Assembly (NCBI GenBank): GCA_963832165.1
Contig: CAWHTE010000007.1
Coordinates: 832,001 to 896,000 of the forward strand
From: an uncultured delta proteobacterium
GTDB lineage: Bacteria > Myxococcota_A > UBA9160 > SMWR01
DNA: 64,000 bases
Direction: 5' to 3'
Part shown: positions 59,014 through 64,000 of the stretch, one piece after another
How the letters are laid out: every line of letters starts with the position of its first letter
Numbering within the stretch: position 1 is the stretch's first letter
Notes under the pieces: generated by a model
Database searches by the model: none
Seen by the model: the letters and a program-made list of their open reading frames with translations, nothing else
What the model was told of the DNA's origin: nothing
Translations under genes and position numbers: made by a program

Positions 59014-59600
59014 TGCCGGCCGAGCGCAACGGCGGTACGCGCGCGCTGCTCCTCGGCGCGGCTGCGCAGGTGATCGAGAAGGGCGGCTGGGGCGCGGCCT
59101 CGGTGGCCGCGATCGCCGAGCGCGCGGGCGTCGCAGCGGGAACGCTCTATCGCCACTTCCCGTCGAAGACGGCCCTGTTCGTCGAGGTGGTGCGATCGAT
59201 CTCGGAGCGCGAGGTCGAGGCGATGGTTCTGGCGTCGGGCCGGGAGACCGGCTTCGGCGCGCGATTCGACGCGGTCGTGGCGACGTACGCGCGACGCGCG
59301 CTGCATAACAGGCCGCTCGCGTGGGCGCTCGTGTACGAGCCCGTCGCCCCTCAGGTCGACGCGGAGCGCCTAGCCTACCGGCGCAACTACACCCGCTACA
59401 TGGCGCGTCTGCTCGAGGACGGCGTGGCCGCGGACGCGCTCGCGCCCCAGGACACGGATCTCGCCGCGGCCGCGGTCGTGGGCGTGATCCACGAGACGCT
59501 GATCGGGCCGCTCTCGCCCGTGGCGTCGACGAGCGCGCCCGAAGAGCAGACCGTCGCCGCGATCGTCTTTCTGTGCCGGCGCGTGATCGGGCTGGCCTGA
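59013..59600 (+). CDS. TetR/AcrR family transcriptional regulator
   Basis: IAERAGVAAGTLYRHFPSK..LF HTH; TGATG coupling to Rieske gene. Confidence 0.9.
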   Translation: MPAERNGGTRALLLGAAAQVIEKGGWGAASVAAIAERAGVAAGTLYRHFPSKTALFVEVVRSISEREVEAMVLASGRETGFGARFDAVVATYARRALHNRPLAWALVYEPVAPQVDAERLAYRRNYTRYMARLLEDGVAADALAPQDTDLAAAAVVGVIHETLIGPLSPVASTSAPEEQTVAAIVFLCRRVIGLA

Positions 59601-59609
59601 GGCGCGGAA

Positions 59610-59680
59610 GGCGGGATCCGCCTTCGGCTCCTCCCGCCCTACGAATTCCGTAGGGCGGGAGAGCGAAGCGATCCCGCCAT
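59610..59680. repeat. REP doublet (back-to-back GTAG ends) between convergent genes
   Basis: GGCGGGATCCGCCTTCGGCTCCTCCCGCCCTAC-GAATTCC-GTAGGGCGGGAGAGCGAAGCGATCCCGCCAT; second unit identical to 7240-7270. Confidence 0.85.
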
Positions 59681-60381
59681 TACTTCAGATCGAAGAGCAG
59701 GAACTCCGCGCCGCCGCGGCTCTCGATGTCGATCGCGTCGGCGTCCTCGATCGCGGCGCTGTCGCCGGGGCCGAGCGTCTCGCCGCCCACCTGGAGGTTC
59801 CCCGCGATCGCGTGCAGCCACACGCCGCGGCCGCGCGCGGGCCGGTGCACGACGCGCCGGCCTTCGTCGAGCTTGCCCACGTAGACGTCGGCGTCGGCGC
59901 GGATCTCGATCGCGCCATCGCGCGGCTTTCCCGCGAACAGCAGCGTGAGCGCATTCGGCAGCGCGGCCGTGCCGAGCTCCTTCTCGGCATAGCGCGGAGC
60001 GCCGCCGCTCCTGTCGGGCAGGATCCAGATCTGGAGCAGATGCGCGCGCTCCTCGTTCGAGGGGTTGAACTCGCTGTGGGTCACGCCGTTGCCCGCGCTC
60101 ATGTACTGGAGGTCGCCCGCTTCGATCACGCTTCCGTTGCCCATCGAGTCGCGATGCTGGAGCCGACCCTCGAGCACGTAGGAGAGGATCTCGGCATCGC
60201 GGTGCGGGTGCTGCCCGAACCCCTTGCCGGGCTCGATCACGTCGTCGTTGATCACGCGCAGCGCGCGAAACCCCATGTGCGCGGGGTCCCGGTAGTCGCC
60301 GAACGAGAACGTGTGGCGGCTGTCGAGCCAGTCGAATCGGGTCACGCCGCGCGCGTCGGCGGCGCGCTTCTCGATCTTCAT
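59680..60381 (-). CDS. Pirin family protein (YhhW-like)
   Basis: WLDSRHTFSF..Y.DP, LRVINDD, HPHRD.EI, H.DSMGN, MSAG.G..HSE.N, LQIW. Confidence 0.95.
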   Translation of the reverse strand: MKIEKRAADARGVTRFDWLDSRHTFSFGDYRDPAHMGFRALRVINDDVIEPGKGFGQHPHRDAEILSYVLEGRLQHRDSMGNGSVIEAGDLQYMSAGNGVTHSEFNPSNEERAHLLQIWILPDRSGGAPRYAEKELGTAALPNALTLLFAGKPRDGAIEIRADADVYVGKLDEGRRVVHRPARGRGVWLHAIAGNLQVGGETLGPGDSAAIEDADAIDIESRGGAEFLLFDLK

Positions 60382-60474
60382 CGCATCCTCCTGGTTTCGT
60401 TATCCGAAAATAGGATGCCGCCGGGTTACAAGAGGGCAGCCCGCGGGGCCATCGACTCCGATACAATGGCGCCG

Positions 60475-61707
60475 ATGAAGACGTTTTCCCCCGATCTGCT
60501 GCTGCGGCTCGCCGCCGAACACGGCACGCCGTACTACCTGTACGACGCCGAGGGGATCCTGGAGCGGCTCGCGGCGCTGCGCGCGTTCGACGTGGTGCGC
60601 TACGCGCAGAAGGCGTGCTCGAACGTGCACATCCTGCGGCTCCTGCGCGAGGCGGGTGCGCTCGTCGACGCGGTGTCGCTGGGCGAGATCGAGCGCGCGC
60701 TGCGCGCGGGCTACGACGGACGCGGCGAGCCCGCGGGCCTCGTCTACACCGCGGACCTGATCGACGAGGCGACGCTCGACCGCGTCGTGGAGCTCGACAT
60801 CCCGGTCAACGCGGGCTCCGCCGACGTGCTCGAGCAGCTCGGGCGGCGTCGGCCCGGCCACCGCGTCTGGCTGCGCGTGAACCCCGGCTTCGGGCACGGT
60901 CACAGCCGCAAGACCAACACGGGCGGCGAGTGGAGCAAGCACGGCATCTGGCACGCCTATCTCGACGAAGCCCTGCGTCACGTCGAGAAGTACCGCCTCG
61001 ATCTGATCGGCCTTCACATGCACATCGGCTCTGGCGCCGATTTCGAGCACCTGCGCCGCGTGTGCGATGCGATGGTCGACCAGGTGCGCGCGCTCGGCGT
61101 CGACGTGCGCGCGATCTCGGGCGGAGGCGGGCTGCCCGTTCCGTACCGCCCCGGCGACGCGCCCTTCGACACCGCCGCGCTGCACGCGCTCTGGAACGAC
61201 GCGCGCCAGCGCGTCGAGGAGCTGGTCGGGCACCGCGTGAGTCTCGAGATCGAGCCGGGACGCTTCCTCGTGGCGCAATCGGGTGTGCTGGTCGCACGTG
61301 TGCGCGCAACGAAGCGCGAGGGTTCGAACCGCTTCGTCGTCGTCGACGCGGGCTTCAACGATCTCGCGCGCCCGGTGATGTACGGCGCCTATCACGCGAT
61401 CGACGTGATCGCGCAGGGCGGCGGGCTCGCGCAGGGGCCGACTCAGCCGACCGTCGTCGCGGGGCCACTCTGCGAGTCGGGCGACGTGTTCACGCAGCAG
61501 GACGGCGGCGTGGTGGTCCCTCGCGATCTGCCCGACGCCGCGGTCGGCGACCTCGTGGCGATCCGTGACGCGGGCGCCTACGCCTCGTCGATGGCGAGCA
61601 ACTACAACACGCGGCCACTCGCGCCCGAGCTCCTGCTCGAGGGCGGCGCGGTGCGCGAGATCCGGCGGAGGCAGACCGTTGCCGAGCTGCTCGCGCTCGA
61701 GGAGTAG
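60475..61707 (+). CDS. lysA: Diaminopimelate decarboxylase
   Basis: YAQKACSN (PLP Lys), HMHIGSG, GGG, EPGR, GPLCESGD, GAY..SM.SNYN; ATG 60466 is an alternative start. Confidence 0.95.
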   Translation: MKTFSPDLLLRLAAEHGTPYYLYDAEGILERLAALRAFDVVRYAQKACSNVHILRLLREAGALVDAVSLGEIERALRAGYDGRGEPAGLVYTADLIDEATLDRVVELDIPVNAGSADVLEQLGRRRPGHRVWLRVNPGFGHGHSRKTNTGGEWSKHGIWHAYLDEALRHVEKYRLDLIGLHMHIGSGADFEHLRRVCDAMVDQVRALGVDVRAISGGGGLPVPYRPGDAPFDTAALHALWNDARQRVEELVGHRVSLEIEPGRFLVAQSGVLVARVRATKREGSNRFVVVDAGFNDLARPVMYGAYHAIDVIAQGGGLAQGPTQPTVVAGPLCESGDVFTQQDGGVVVPRDLPDAAVGDLVAIRDAGAYASSMASNYNTRPLAPELLLEGGAVREIRRRQTVAELLALEE

Positions 61708-61793
61708 CGGCCGTCGCTGTCGCGATACGCGCTTCGCGCTAATCGCCTACGATCCTCGTCGTCGCCGCGGTCGGCTGCGGCACCTATTTCCCC

Positions 61794-63071
61794 GTGAACG
61801 AACCGCTCGAAACGTGGAATCCCTACTCGGGTTACCGCGGCGAGCTGCACGAACGCGAGGAGGCGTCCGACGATGTCGTGCTCATGCTCGCGTTCTCGGG
61901 CGGCGGCACGCGCGCGGCAGCGTTCGCGTACGGTGTGCTCGAGGAGCTCGCGGTCACCCACGTCGCGTTCGACGGTCGCGTGCGCAGCCTGTTCGACGAG
62001 GTCGACCAGGTCTCGGGCGTCTCGGGCGGGAGCTTCACGGCGGCCTATCTCGGGCTGCACGGTCGCGAGGCGTTCCGCGACTTTCCCGAGCGCTTCCTCG
62101 AGCGCGATGTGCAGTCGGCGCTGCTCTTCTCCCTGCTCTCGCCGGTCAACTGGCTCAAGCTCTTCTCGCCCTACTGGGCGCGCAGCGACCTCGCTGCCGA
62201 GTACTACGACCGCGCGATCTTCGAGGGAGCGCGCTTCCGCGACATGGCGGGCTCCGACCGCCCGTTCGTGGCGATCCATGCCACCGACCTCACCACGGGG
62301 AGCCCGTTCGCGTTCGTGCAGGACGCGTTCGATTATCTCTGCTCGGACCTCACGGATTTTCCGGTGTCGCGCGCCGTGGCTTCCTCGTCGGCCGTGCCGA
62401 TCGTGCTCTCGCCGATCACGCTGCGCAATTACGACGCATGCGGCTTCGAGGCGCCGCAGTGGGTGACCCATGCGAGGGCGACCAGCGGCGAGCTCGATCG
62501 CCAGTACGTGAATGCGCGCAACCTCGGTGGCTACCTCGCCAAGAAACGCCGCTACGTGCGGCTGATCGACGGTGTGGTGTCGGACAACCTGGGCGTGCGC
62601 GGGCCGTTCGAGACCTGGTCGTCGATGGAGGTTCCGAAGCGACGGCCCAGGGGCAGCCGCACGCGCGAGGTCGTGCTCTTGATCGTGAACGCCCAGACCA
62701 CACCCGACGAGCAGTGGGATTCGTTCGACCTGCTGCCCTCGCTCGCGGTGATCCTCGACGCCGTCACGAGCGCACAGGTGAACCGCTACAACCTCGAGAC
62801 GATCGAGCTCCTGAAGAACCGGTTCAAGTTGTGGAACACGCGCGCGTCCAAATGGAATCCGCCGCAGCGATTCACGCTGATCGAGACGAGCTTCGTCGAC
62901 GTGAAGAATCCGCTCGAGCGCATGCACCTGAATGGCCTCACGACGAGCCTCTCGCTGCCCGCGGACGAAGTCACGCGGCTGCGCCGCGCCGCACGCGGGG
63001 CGCTGCGCGAGGATCCGGCGTTTCGCGCGTTGGTCGAGCGGCTGTCGGGGAGCGCCGAGGGCGGCGGTTAG
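61794..63071 (+). CDS. Patatin-like phospholipase (probable lipoprotein; true 5' end appears disrupted)
   Basis: SGGGTRAAA, GVSGG, ASSAVP-like, DGV.SDN; in-frame upstream ILVVAAVGC lipobox without a start codon. Confidence 0.85.
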   Translation: MNEPLETWNPYSGYRGELHEREEASDDVVLMLAFSGGGTRAAAFAYGVLEELAVTHVAFDGRVRSLFDEVDQVSGVSGGSFTAAYLGLHGREAFRDFPERFLERDVQSALLFSLLSPVNWLKLFSPYWARSDLAAEYYDRAIFEGARFRDMAGSDRPFVAIHATDLTTGSPFAFVQDAFDYLCSDLTDFPVSRAVASSSAVPIVLSPITLRNYDACGFEAPQWVTHARATSGELDRQYVNARNLGGYLAKKRRYVRLIDGVVSDNLGVRGPFETWSSMEVPKRRPRGSRTREVVLLIVNAQTTPDEQWDSFDLLPSLAVILDAVTSAQVNRYNLETIELLKNRFKLWNTRASKWNPPQRFTLIETSFVDVKNPLERMHLNGLTTSLSLPADEVTRLRRAARGALREDPAFRALVERLSGSAEGGG

Positions 63072-63976
63072 GCGTGCGCGCGCGGGACCGCGACGTGCGC
63101 GAGCACGCCCAGCGGGCCCTCGCGGCGCACCACGTCGAGCTCTTCGCGGCCGGGCACCATGAGCGCACCGGCGAAGCCGAGGCCGTTCACGTTTATGCCG
63201 CGCCACTGCGCGCGCGCGCGAGGCACGAGGAGCATCCAGTCATGGCACACGAGCAGGTTGTAGGGCTGGCCGTGGCGATGGCAGCCGAACGCGCGCGCGA
63301 GCTGTTGATAGAGGCCGAATAGCACGCCGGCCGCGTCGGCGGGCGGTTGATTCCCGATCGCGCGCAGCTTCGCGATGCCGTGCAGGAAGGGAAGCGCGGT
63401 GATCCGCCCGATTCCCGCATCGAACGCGGCGTCGGCCTGCACCGCGTGGAACGGCGTTGCGAGCGGCGGCTCCGCGATCGGCGTGGGCACGAGCTGGAAA
63501 TGGCGGTGGCGCTCGCTCGCGCCCGCTGCCGGGCCCGCGTTGTAGAACGCGAGCCCTCCTGCCTCGGATAGACAGGTCCAGACCGCCTCGAAGTCGCTGC
63601 GCTCGAGCGGAGCCAGCTGGTCCTGGAAATCGCGCGTGATGATCAGCGCGTGGTGCTCGATCACGGGAAACTTGTTCAGCACGCACAGGTGCGACTCGCC
63701 GATCCGGCCCACGACCAGCTCCGGATCGGGCGGCAGGAACGGGTTGGTGCCGCGCTCGCTGCTGCGCGCAGCGAGGCGGCGCTGCCGTGCAGCGAGCGGG
63801 CTCGCCACGCGCACGACGAACGGGATGCCCCAGTCGTGCTCGGGAACCATCTCGGTCTCGATCGGCTCGAGCACACCGCCCGCGAGAGCTGTGGCGGTTC
63901 GCCGCGCGATCGCATCCCAGAGGCCGCCGCGCGCGACGCGATCCGACCCATCGAGCGCGGCGCGCGCGTCACGCAT
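63068..63976 (-). CDS. ATP adenylyltransferase / Ap4A phosphorylase (Apa2-like HIT fold)
   Basis: NPFLP, LNKFPV..HH.LI.T, FYN.G..AGAS..HRHFQ, YNLL, VPR, N.LGFAG. Confidence 0.85.
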   Translation of the reverse strand: MRDARAALDGSDRVARGGLWDAIARRTATALAGGVLEPIETEMVPEHDWGIPFVVRVASPLAARQRRLAARSSERGTNPFLPPDPELVVGRIGESHLCVLNKFPVIEHHALIITRDFQDQLAPLERSDFEAVWTCLSEAGGLAFYNAGPAAGASERHRHFQLVPTPIAEPPLATPFHAVQADAAFDAGIGRITALPFLHGIAKLRAIGNQPPADAAGVLFGLYQQLARAFGCHRHGQPYNLLVCHDWMLLVPRARAQWRGINVNGLGFAGALMVPGREELDVVRREGPLGVLAHVAVPRAHA

Positions 63977-63998
63977 CGAGCAGGTAGCCGCGCGCCAG
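63969..63998 (-). CDS. 3' end of upstream gene, partial
   Basis: ...LARGYLLDA* ends overlapping the start of the Apa2-like gene; too short to identify. Confidence 0.35.
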   Translation of the reverse strand: MARGYLLDA

Positions 63999-64000
63999 CG

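Overview
Very GC-rich, densely coding bacterial chromosomal window. The gene content resembles Myxococcota or related deltaproteobacterial lineages, which is an inference. About 58 CDSs are supported. Housekeeping genes include aconitase (interrupted by two single-base indels), nadE, rlmD-like methyltransferase, Nfu, ileS, lysA and modABC. Lipid and steroid genes include an SPT-like AOS enzyme, MlaA, MlaC, an Ltp2-like aldolase with DUF35 partner, a CoA transferase, an acyl-CoA dehydrogenase and a patatin. Signalling genes include a Ser/Thr kinase with Zn ribbons, a cNMP hybrid kinase, PilZ and EAL proteins and a sensor-less sigma-54 activator. There is also a TetR-controlled aromatic catabolic cluster (FAH, VOC, P450, MhpA-like, followed by frmA) and a pqqB-pqqCD-pqqE operon with no adjacent pqqA. 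No rRNA, tRNA, CRISPR array, integrase or transposase was recognised. Notable structure includes GTAG-type REP palindromes that supply stop codons or are translated inside a gene, and apparently frequent leaderless promoters. Also notable are an aldo/keto reductase with two TM helices followed by an internal twin-arginine motif, a stand-alone OLD-type TOPRIM protein, an unannotated 33-aa basic microprotein facing a candidate sRNA, an IleRS with HNGH/KESKS motifs plus an insertion, and a CDT-chorismate mutase fusion. All assignments are by motif recognition only; no database searches were run.
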